A program made the translations under genes and the position numbers. From assembly GCF_006345805.1 (NCBI RefSeq), contig NC_043006.1:49476001-49540000 (forward strand): 64,000 bases of DNA, given 5' to 3'. Of the stretch, positions 53,311 through 64,000 are shown piece by piece; positions within the stretch are counted from its first letter, which is position 1, and every line of letters begins with the position of its first letter. Origin of the DNA: Octopus sinensis (taxonomy: Eukaryota). A model generated the notes under the pieces. That model was given only the letters and a program-made list of their open reading frames with translations. It ran no database searches and was not told the origin of the DNA.

Positions 53311-54179
53311 CATATATACACGTGCGAGCGTACACACATGTATTTGGCTATGTAAATCTACTGTCTCCTTACATTCCAACTACCAATGACTTATCAAGTT
53401 TATCCTTTTGTTTAAACTGTAGTTAAGTCTCTTTATGTGCAAAGTGTTTGTGCTTTGTGTGTGTTTGTGATGAAGACTGTAAACGTACATGATGTATTTA
53501 ATGTCCATCCTCTCAGAAACTTTTATAACATTTACCATTCCCCATCTTCCTACCACTGCTTGTCAATTTCAATGGCTTTGTCGTATTTCTTGTCTCCTCT
53601 TCTTCAGCTGCGTCCATTTCACACCAACCCTCACGTCATCCCTCCATCTTACCCCTCAAATATAGCCCAATTAGAGCTTTCTATTAAGATATATATACAT
53701 ATGAAACACAAACACACACACACACACACATGTATGTATGCTTGTATGTATGTATATATGTATGTATTATCGTTCACTTATTTTAGAAAACAATGATATG
53801 AAAATACAGTGGAAGTTCGGCATACAAACAGATCGCTAGATACTAGATACATTATTCTTCGCGGTAAAATGACAATAGCATATTGATTACTGACATAATA
53901 TTGTAAAAGCAATTGTCTATAATGTTGTGTTAAAGCAAGCTGTAAAGGTAAAGAATTACACCATTCTCGCTAAAAACATTATGGTAGTTCCGAACTAAAA
54001 ACATCATAGTAGTTCAGAAACATGTCTCTCATCTCAGATCTAATCAACACATCTGAAGTGATAGACGACCATTACTATAAAGACATGATAAGATTACCTG
54101 TAAATATAGGCATTGGTACCCTCATAAAATAGCAATACTAAAATCTATAAACGTTGGTACTGCATTATTACAGCGTAAG

Positions 54180-54965
54180 ACGGCAAACTGGCAGACATTA
54201 CTGCGTCGGACAAAGAACTTAGCGACACGTCCTCCAGCTCTTTACATTCTGAGTTCAATTTTCATCGAAGTTTCTATTCATTCTTCTGGTGGTGGTGGGT
54301 CGCTAAAATAAATACTGGTTGAAAACTGGGGTTGTTGTAATCGGCTTACCCTACTCCTAATAAAAAATTGCTGGTCTTCTGACAAAATTTGAATGGAAGG
54401 CGGCAAACTGCCAGAAACGTTAGCGCGCCGGGCGAAATGCTTAGCGGCATTTCGTCTGCCGTTACGTTCTGAGTTCAAATTCCGCCGAGGTCGACTTTGC
54501 CTTTCATTCTTTCGGGGTCGATAAATTAAGTACCAGTTACGCAATGGGGTCGATATAATCGACTTAATCCGTTTGTTTGTCCTTGTTTGTCCACTCTATG
54601 TTTAGCTCCTTGTGGGTAGTAAAGAAATAGGTATTTCGTCTGCCGCTACGTTCTAAGTTCAAATTCCGCCGAGGTCGACTTTGCCTTTCATCCTTTTGGG
54701 GTCGATTAACTAAGTACCAGTTACGCACTGGTGTCGATCTAATCGACGTAATCCGTTTGTCTGTCCTTGTTTGTCCTCTCTGTGTGTAGCCCCTTGTGGG
54801 TAGTAAAGAAATAAGAAAAGTTACCACGTCAAAGTACTTAGCGACACTTCTTTCGGCTTCTTACGTTCTGAGTTCAAAAGCCGCTGAAGTCAACTTTTTC
54901 TTTCATCATTTCGGGGTCGATAAAATAAGTACCACTCGAGCATTGAGGTCTATATTATCGACTTA
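54180..54965 (+). mobile_element. Cluster of four same-orientation SINE family A copies
   Basis: Degenerate ~54180-54390, full 54399-54629, 5'-truncated tandem copy 54630-54813, degenerate ~54825-54965. Confidence 0.82.
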
Positions 54966-55457
54966 CACATTCCTTTAAAAAAACACTGCTGACCTTGTAC
55001 CAAAATTAGAAAGAAAAAGAATTATTTCAAGACGTCCGTTAAGTGTAAACGCTTTTATATTTAAGCAAGTTTGGTAATCCTTGATATGCTCGTAAACGTG
55101 AAACCTCCTTAACACTGGAAACTTGTATATATATATTTTTCAATGATTGTTTTTGTTAGCTAGTATGTACATTCTTGTCAGCCTTGAATATCTTAAATGC
55201 ATCTTCTCTATAATGTGCTCGATTTCTTACTTCAAAATAGAAAATGCTTTTGTATTTTTAAAAGTGAATATAATAATAATTATTGATTCGGATTTGGTGA
55301 AAGGTCGCCAATTTTGGTCAACGTGTAACTGATTCTGCCAACAGGTTGCTTTTAATAATGGTTTCAAATTTTGCACAAGGCCAGTAATTATAGTGGGGGT
55401 GAGTGGATTGGTGAATTACATCGACTCCACTTCTTGATTAGTGCTTTTTTTATTGAC

Positions 55458-55855
55458 CTTGTTTCAGTCATTTTACTGCGGCCATGCTGGAGCACCGCCT
55501 TTAGTCGAGCAAATCGACCCCAGGACTTATTCTTTGTAAGCCTAGTACTTATTCTATCGGTCTCTTTTGACGAACCGCTAAGTGACGGGGACGTAAACAC
55601 ACCACCATCGGTTGTCAAGCGATGCTGGGGGACAAACACATACACACAAACATATACACACACATACACACACACATACATATACATATATACGATGAGC
55701 TTCTTTCAGTTTCCGTCTACCAAATCCACTCACAAGTCTTTGGTCGACCCGAGGCTATAGTAGAAGACACTGGCCCAAGGTGCTACGCAGTGGGACTGAA
55801 CCCAAAACCATGTGGTTTGTTAGCAAGCTACTTACGACACAGCCACTCCTACGCC
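55458..55855 (-). mobile_element. SINE family B
   Basis: Reverse complement of the 18842-19235 architecture. Confidence 0.88.
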
Positions 55856-56649
55856 CATGCCGTTGAGAAATATGAAATTATAGATACAAATGTGAAGACT
55901 GGTCTTCGTACACAAGACCAGCCTTCTTGGTGCGGTATACATAGCAACCCATTTGAAAACACATTCTTGATACTATTAACCACGCAAACCAATACCCACC
56001 AATAGTTGGTTATTAGGATGGTGAAATTAAAGTTTTTGATGTTTGGACACCCTGTAGGTTGAAAAATAAAACCTGCCAGACGGAAGATGAACTGAAAGCG
56101 ATAATCCAAATTGAATCTATATTTGCCTGTATATATATAATAATACACTCGCCAGGGTTGTGCCAACCTACTGGTTGACGGAAGCCTTCTTGTTGTGCTA
56201 TTGGACTATAGTCGGAAGTGCATATGATCTGCAAAGGATAAAAATGCTGATGTTGCAACAAACGAATTATAATTCGGCCATGTGTAGTTAAGCCTCTTTT
56301 AAATTATGATCCACAATCTTTCAAAAGACGGTGTCCAAATAAAAGCACTAACCCTACTCTTAAACAAGAGTGAAATGAATACCCAGGTCGTCAATCTATG
56401 AAATGCTCACAATACAGAAAGGTCGAGATTAAGCTAAACGAAGAAGAAGATTAGATTACTCATGAAAAAAAAGGATCCGTGCAAGTGTGAAGGTAGAACA
56501 CCTGATAAAAATCAGCATTGCTTGCAACTGCAAGAATTTTTCGCTGGATTCTTGAAGCACGACCAGTAAACAAGTGTCACCTTAGTCTGCTGGCTGTGAA
56601 GAGCTGACACTTTCCATCATACTCAGCAAAATAAGCAGTGAGTTTTCAT

Positions 56650-56681
<32 letters not shown>

Positions 56682-56689
56682 AATAATCA

Positions 56690-59600
56690 AATGACGGAAA
56701 TTCAAGTGAAGATCCTTCACCGGGAAGGGGAAAGTGTGACTGAAGCTACCCAGGTTGGCAATCTATGAAATACTCACAATACAGAAAGGTGGAGAATAAG
56801 CTGAACGAAGAAGATGAATAGATTAGTCATGAAATGTACATCAAAGGTGATGCAGTAAAATGAGGTTACAAAAAAATGTCTGCTTAACATCTGAAATCAG
56901 ATAAGAATTTTTGAAGCGCACGAATAAAATCTATCAGACCAAGCCCTAGCAATCAAGGAAAATGGATGAATATCTGCAGGGAGACTGCTAAAAAGAAACT
57001 GGTGGGCTTGAGAAAGATGACATTAATGAGAATAGTCAGTTTGCAATTAAAGAAAGAAACAACAAAACAGGTTGAGATGCATGCGAATTGGAAAAACGAC
57101 GACGGGGCATACAAAGACAATAGCAACATATTGATCGAGGACCAAATGCATGTGAATGGATTAGGAGATAATGAATTATGCAGTTTGAATATTATGGCAG
57201 ACAATCTAACCACCCCTGAAATCGACAAAGCTGTCAACTTTAGGTGAGTAAAACACCAAAGGAAAATATCTAAAGTACTTGGAAGTTTTGAGATAATAAA
57301 TCTGAAAGAATGTCATGAATTACACAGAAAAGCACGTAAAATAGTGGAATACATCATAGGTGTAAAGAAGAGATGATCAAATAGAAGAGAATACTTAATA
57401 GTTAAATGAATTAGTTACGAAAAGAAATTTGCAAACTTGAATTCTTACAAAATAAGTCAGCTAAAAATTAAGTAACTCTGGAAAAGCTAACGACAATATA
57501 TGAGACTAATAAAATATTTAAGGCAGTAACAAAAGAAGTGAATCAAAGGACGACCGAAAAATGTGCTGGAACCAAAAGGTAAAAAAGTAGAATAAAACAA
57601 TTCTGCTGAAACATTCTTTCACAATGGCAAAAAAAAAAGCAAAAAAAAAAAGATACATCGTGGAAAGGATGTTATTTCAGAGCTTAAAATAAGAGAAAAT
57701 TTATGTCGAGGTATAAGGGAAAATAGTGTTTAATATAATGAAGAATCAGATAAAATTTTGAAAACAGGAAGAAAAAGAAATGAAAAAGCGGATGAACAAA
57801 GCAAAATAAACAACAGTAGAGTAGTTCGGAAAACAAGCAAAAGAAAAAAAAAAGTCTCTCTAAATGGGGATGAATGGGCCCAAATGGTGAACAAGTTTGT
57901 TGGATTAAAAATCTGAAGCCACTACATAGGAGAATGATACAAATATTTGACAAAAGTCTCCCTGGTTAACTGAAAGAACAGCAGAACTCATGACTGAAAC
58001 CGAAACAAAAGGAAATGATGTAACCAACTACAGACTCTTCACCTGCCTTTCAATAATGAGGAAAGGAAAGTGCTGACCAGTATAATCTCTGAAGAAATTT
58101 ACCAACACTAGAATGCCAATAGTCTGCTGTAAGAACAGAAAAGTTGCCGAAAATAGAATTGTGGATACAAAAGCCATCTTCTGAAAGATAAAATTATTCT
58201 CCGAAATTACAAAAGAAGACGGAAGGATCTATTGATGGCCTGAATTGACTAGCGAAAGGTTTTCGAAATCGTTCCGGTTTCCTGGATCATCAAATGCTTG
58301 GATATATTGAAAACAACTAGTGACATTTGATCCTTCCTTAGGAATAGTACTTAACTTCTGGGACTCAAAGAACACCCCAACTGGCGAGAAAGTTGTGTAA
58401 TAATGATTTCAAAATTTTGGCACAAGGCCAGTAATTTTGGGGAAGGGATAAGTCGATTGTATCGGCTACAGTGATCAACTGGTACTTATTTTAACGACCC
58501 CCAAAAGTGGGAAAGGCAATGTCAGCCCCGCGGAATTTCAACTTAGAAAGTAACGACGTGCGAAATGCCACTGAGCATTTTCGCCAGCGTGTTAACGATT
58601 CCGCTAGCTAACCACCTTAGTTGTGTAAGAAATAGCAAAAAGAAGAATACTTCAAGGTAGTAGTAGAATCACATTTACGATTTGTAACCATCCTTGTGCT
58701 TATGACCTATATCTTAAGAAAGGTAAAAATAAGAAATGAATAAGGAGAAAGGTGAAACAACGACTATATATTATTTATGGGTAACCTGAAAATATTTAGT
58801 AATAATGAAAAACAACTCGACACTTAAGTGAATAGCGTTCGAGTATTCAGTGAGGACACAAGAATGAATTTAATAGATGAGGTGTCTTTGCCACAAAGAG
58901 GAGTAACTTATCTGATATTAGAAGAATTGATCTCCATACAAGTGAAGATGTTGCAAATTGGCAACTGTGTAATTGGATACAAGTATTTAGGAGATTTGGA
59001 GCTGACAAACTGAAAAATGAATACGTAAGAACCACGAAAATGTATAAATCCTGCCTAAATAATAAAAATGCTATAGCAGCCATCAACTAGCAAACTGAAT
59101 TAATCATCCAGTACTGTTCAGGCATCATCAACTGAAACATCAAATGGCAAAAGGATATTGACAGGTAAAACTAAAGCTGCTGGCGATACAGCATGTTACG
59201 CAGAAGGCTGATATTGATAAACTGTATAGGAAATGCAGTGACTGTGGAATAAGTTTGCTTAGCAATCAAGACTGTGCTGTTTGTATGAAGGGATGCTGAC
59301 TGTTCATCTATGTCGCAAAATGTGAAGAAAAAGCAATAAATACCGAAAGGAAATATGGAAAACAGGAAAGAATTAAACAAAAATACATGGAATTTTCATC
59401 GGGAAAACCGGATATAGAGGCTCCCGGACTGGCTAAGGAGAGAAGATATAAAGTAATTCACAAAAGGTACTATGATGCCACGCCAAAAGAGCACGAGCAA
59501 TCAGAAAGCATTTAGATATGAAAGTTATATAGCCCTTATTCCGATTATGCGGCAAGTAAAAAGATAAGGTAGATAATTTCGTATGAGAGTGTAAGAACCT

Positions 59601-60600
59601 GGCGCAGAGACAGTGCAAAGGTTGGAGACATGACAATGCTGCATCAGCTAAACAACTGGAAATTGTATAAGGCGGCGAGCTGGCAGAAACGTTAGCACGC
59701 CGGAAGAAATGCTTAGCCGTATTTCGTATGCCGTTACGTTCTGAGTTCAAATTCCGCCGAGGTCAACTTTGCCTTTCATCCTTTCGGGGTCGATTAAATA
59801 AGTACCAGTTACGCACTGGAGTCGATATAATCGACTTAATCCGTTTGTCTGTCCTTGTTTGTCCTCTCTGTGTTTAGCCCCTTGTGGGTAGTAAAGAAAT
59901 AAGGAAATTTAGGGCACTCGGAAAACTGACATGATTATAGATTTCACATTTTGGCACAAGGCTAGTACTTTTAGGGGACAGGGTGAGTCGATTGCATCAA
60001 TTCCAATGATTAACTGGCTCTTATTTTATAGATCCCCAAAAGATGAAAGGAAAAGTTAACCTCAGCGGAATTTGAACCCAGAACGTAAAGACAGATGAAA
60101 CGCCGCTAAGCGTTTTATTCAGCGCGCTAACGACTCCGCCAGCTTGCCGCCTTATAGTGGTGGTATGAATATGGACCAATGAAAGATGTCGAATATGATC
60201 ATGCAAAAATTCAATAGGACATGAATATTCAGAGTCAAGTAACTGTACCATTCAAGATCAGATATTACTCTGCTTGAGAAAGATACTAGAAATTGTATGA
60301 TAATAAATGCAGTCTGGCTATTCAAAACCAAATTGAAGGAACAAGAAAGTGAGAAGATAGATGCATACCAAGATATAATATAAAGTGAGAATTGAAAAGG
60401 CTCTGGAAATTCAGGGAAGAAATGGTAATTCCTGTCACAATGGGATTATTAGGTATAATGTTGGAAAATGACCTTTTACAATCAGCATAGCAATTAACTT
60501 TACGACACTAGGGAAAACATCACTTCTCAGTACAGATAGAAAGATATACACTGAATATCTCAAGAGACAGGTAGTGGCTTGATGTTCAGACAACAAAAGC
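56690..60600 (+). mobile_element. Degenerate RLE-type (R4/Dong-like) non-LTR retrotransposon interrupted by SINEs
   Basis: NYRLFTCLSIM, LLMA*ID*RKVFEIVPVSWIIKCL, YKYLG, KADIDKLY, CCHC relic RLCGK...ECKNLAQR...WRHD, and RLE relic RSDI...KE.EKI..YQD...LW...IPV.MG.LG. Confidence 0.7.
59671..59901 (+). mobile_element. SINE family A
   Basis: GGCGGCGAGCTGGCAGAAACGTTAGCACGCCGG..GAGTTCAAATTCC (B box)..GTAGTAAAGAAATA. Other copies: 38684-38913 and 60762-60935 (plus); ~241-382, 37980-38160, 58410-58620 and 59950-60150 (minus). Confidence 0.88.
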
Positions 60601-60679
60601 GGAAAAATTATCAACACTACTAATATGCGGCGACGATGATGATGACGACGACGATGATAGCGACGACGATGATGATGAC

Positions 60680-60735
<56 letters not shown>

Positions 60736-61599
60736 TAAAAATAATAATAATAATAATAATGAGGCGAGCTGGCAGAAACGATAGCACGCCGGGCTAAATG
60801 CTTAGCAGTATTTCGTCTGTCTTTACGTTCTGAGTTCAAATTCCGCGTTTCATCCTTTCGGAGTCGATAAATTAAGTACCAGTTGCGTACTGGGTCGATC
60901 TAATCGACTGGCCCCCTCCCGCTTGTGCCTTGTGTCTAGAGTAGAAAATAATAATAATAATAATAATAATGAAAAAAAAAGGCATCGGAGGGGCGATGCA
61001 TACTCCGCGCGCAGGTAAATTTTTACGCAAATTATAGTGTGGCTTACAATACGTTGCTTACCCATGATTTTTAATTGAACTGAATTAATTTTTTTTAAGT
61101 AACACCATTATTAGTATTTATGCTCTGGTGAAATTAAGAAATCAACTCGTAAATAAGCGAAAACCTTGAATCCGCCAGAGTATAGACACACATACACAGA
61201 GTCGCTTATGTATGTATGTATGATGTATGTATGTATGTATGTATGTATGTATGTATGTACGCACACGTATCTACGTGCATAGGTACACCATGATCTATAC
61301 ACACGCAGACGAGGGCAGATTCATATGAAAAAGAAAGTGAACAAAATAAAACTACTTGCTTATCGGGAAATTTGTAAGTTTGATTAAAAAAAAAATTATA
61401 ATCACACCAAATGTTCAGACCCAAATCAGACCAAATGTCCATCATTTTGAGCCACTCACTCAATGAGTATTTCTGCCAAATGTAGCGCGCAGGGTAATAA
61501 TAATAAGAATAAATTTCGTAAATTAAACAAAAGAGATCATAGGAACAAAATCCCATTAATATTAGGAAACATATACACTTCTATTCTGTTTTTTCCAGA

Positions 61600-62160
61600 C
61601 AGAATGCATTCAGACTGAGATGCTATGGAAGAACAATAAACTGTCTAATGTAAATAAATGAATGGTACAGAAGTTGTACGTTGTAGCTGAAAAACTACTG
61701 GAAACATTGCATATAAAAACATCTAGTAAAGAAACTGACGTGAAGATATGTTTGGAAAAAGAAGGCAAAGTAGCCTTGGAAAGAGGAAAGTTAAGAATTA
61801 ATGACATAGACAGAGCACAAGACACACAAAGGAAAGAAACATTTAAGAAGGCAATCTTATACATACACTAGTATAGTGTATAAAACAGAACTAAATGGCA
61901 AAAGTAAGATAATAGTCATCGATCTTGAAGCTGTTCCACAATTTAGTTACGTTCAAAATATTATGAACTGAAAGCTAAGTAAATTAACCAGACTACGCAT
62001 GAAAACAAGTAAACGACCACTCTGTTAACAAATTTTTTCTGAAAAGCTGATGCAGTAAGAATATATTTATCACGGAAATATGTCTGCAGAAGCATGTCTA
62101 TGGAAGAAACAGGTGGAATTTTAATAACAGATTAAAAGCTAAACAAAGATGCTTTCTGTT
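61600..62160 (+). mobile_element. Second degenerate R4/Dong-like RT fragment
   Basis: DVKICLEKEGKVALERGKL...KTELNGKSKII..AVP...KADAVRIYL, parallel to the 58.8-59.2 kb segment. Confidence 0.45.
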
Positions 62161-62312
62161 TCCAAATATACATACATACATACATACATACATACATACA
62201 ACATACATAATACACACACACATGTATTATTAATAGTTAGGGAATATAAAATTCCAAGCCAATAGGGAAAAAATTCAATTTAGTACACTAATCATTCATA
62301 AATTCACAATAT

Positions 62313-62423
<111 letters not shown>

Positions 62424-62636
62424 ATGCTATATATATAGTGTATATATACATACATATATTTATATATATATATATATATAATATATAATATAATATAATA
62501 ATGTATATTATAATATATATATTTATACATATATATATATATTATACATATATATATATATATGTATGTATAAATAAATATATATATATATACATGCATA
62601 CATACATGCATACATATATATATATATATAGAATGT

Positions 62637-62908
62637 GAAGGCGCATGGCTCAGTGGTTAGAGCGTCGAGCTTACGATCATGAGGTTGTGAGCTCGACTCC
62701 CGAACCGGGCTGTGTGTTGTGTTCTTGAGCAAGACACTTTATTTCACGTTGCTCCAATTCACTCAGCTGTAGAAATGAGTTGCGACGTCACAGGCGCCAA
62801 GCTGTATCGGCCTCTTTGCCTTTTCCTTGGATAACATTGGTGGCGTGGAGAGAGGAGGCCGGTATGCATGGTTGACTGCTGGTCTTCCATAACAACCTAG
62901 CCCTGACT
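62637..62908 (+). mobile_element. SINE family D, cut by the N gap
   Basis: Close match to 44956-45285. Confidence 0.88.
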
Positions 62909-63008
62909 NNNNNNNNNNNNNNNNNNNNNNNNNNNNNNNNNNNNNNNNNNNNNNNNNNNNNNNNNNNNNNNNNNNNNNNNNNNNNNNNNNNNNNNNNNNN
63001 NNNNNNNN
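62909..63008. other. 100-N assembly gap
   Basis: Run of exactly 100 N. Confidence 0.99.
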
Positions 63009-63026
63009 ATTATATATATATTATAT

Positions 63027-63059
<33 letters not shown>

Positions 63060-63105
63060 CTATAACATATATATTATATACATATATATATATACATATA
63101 TATAT

Positions 63106-63237
<132 letters not shown>

Positions 63238-63242
63238 ATAAT

Positions 63243-64000
63243 TTTCCACTCCTTGAAAAGGACGGCACACTCACAGGAAATCCAATGAGAGTAAGTGAAA
63301 TACTAATGAGCAATTCAAGTGTAATTTCACTACCACCCTACGGCATTCAAGTCAGCAATCCAACTGACTTCTTTACCACTGCAGATATAAATAGAGGCAG
63401 CGATGATTGATTACATCAATATAAAGGAAGACGATGTAATAAAGGCTATTGATGAAATGAAAACCAACTCAGCTACTGGCCCCGATGGATTCCCAGCAAT
63501 CCTTCTAAAAGTATGTAAGAGAGTCCTAGCAAGACCACTGCAGTTCCTCTTTCAGAGCTTCCTTGCAACTGGCAAACTTCCAAGAAAACTGAAGGAAGGT
63601 AAAATATTCCCTATTTATAAAAGAGGTAGCAGAGTGGAGGCCAAGAACTACAGACCTATCTCTCTGACCTCACACATCAGCAAGGTCATGGAACGAATAG
63701 TCAGAAGGAAACTAATCACCTTCCTTGAAGAAAATGACTTGCTGCCTGACACCCAACATGGTTTCCGAACAGGAAGAAGCTGCTTAACTCAGCTCCTACA
63801 ACACTATGACTGGGGGTGCTGAAACGACTGCTCAACCACTCAAATGTGGAAGTCATATATCTCGACTTTGCAAAGGCCTTTGATAAAGTCGATCATGGAA
63901 TGATATGTCACAAACTGCGTGATCTTGGCATAGATGGAAAATTGGGAGAATGGCTTCATGACTTTCTGAAGGATAGAAGTCAGGTGGTAGTAGGCAATGG
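63243..64000 (+). mobile_element. Second copy of the same CR1-group LINE, 5'-truncated, running off the window
   Basis: ORF 63403-63822 ATGPDGFP...NYRPISLTSHISKVMERI...QHGFR; nucleotide match to ~28700-29420; begins directly after (TA)n. Confidence 0.92.

Overview
Repeat-dense eukaryotic DNA, most likely octopus (inferred from the tRNA-derived SINE families, the extreme (TA)n/(CA)n density and the transposon mix). There are two 100-N scaffold gaps. I can support one host gene: a minus-strand class B1 (secretin-family) GPCR. Its ectodomain exon is at ~47901-48403 and carries one apparent single-base frameshift. Its ICL1-TM2 exon is at 6812-6962, and a CpG-rich candidate 5' region lies near 50-50.7 kb. 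I could not find the intervening TM1 exon. Most of the window is intron of this gene, filled with SINEs, CR1, RTE and RLE-type LINE relics, Tc1/mariner, hAT, a Helitron and MITEs. The most notable pattern is a set of short non-coding elements beside (TA)n tracts. They carry type I hammerhead ribozymes with palindromic helix III (Penelope/retrozyme type; apparently intact at 8457-8566, 21902-22012 and 22694-22804) and repeatedly form tandem and fold-back inverted duplications. About ten local inverted duplications occur in 64 kb. Also notable are a long-TIR MITE with a (TTAGGG)n core and 8-bp TSD, and a CORE-SINE with a twin-priming-type inversion and 11-bp TSD. All alignments and folds were done by eye; no searches were run, and repeat boundaries are approximate unless a TSD or TIR fixes them.
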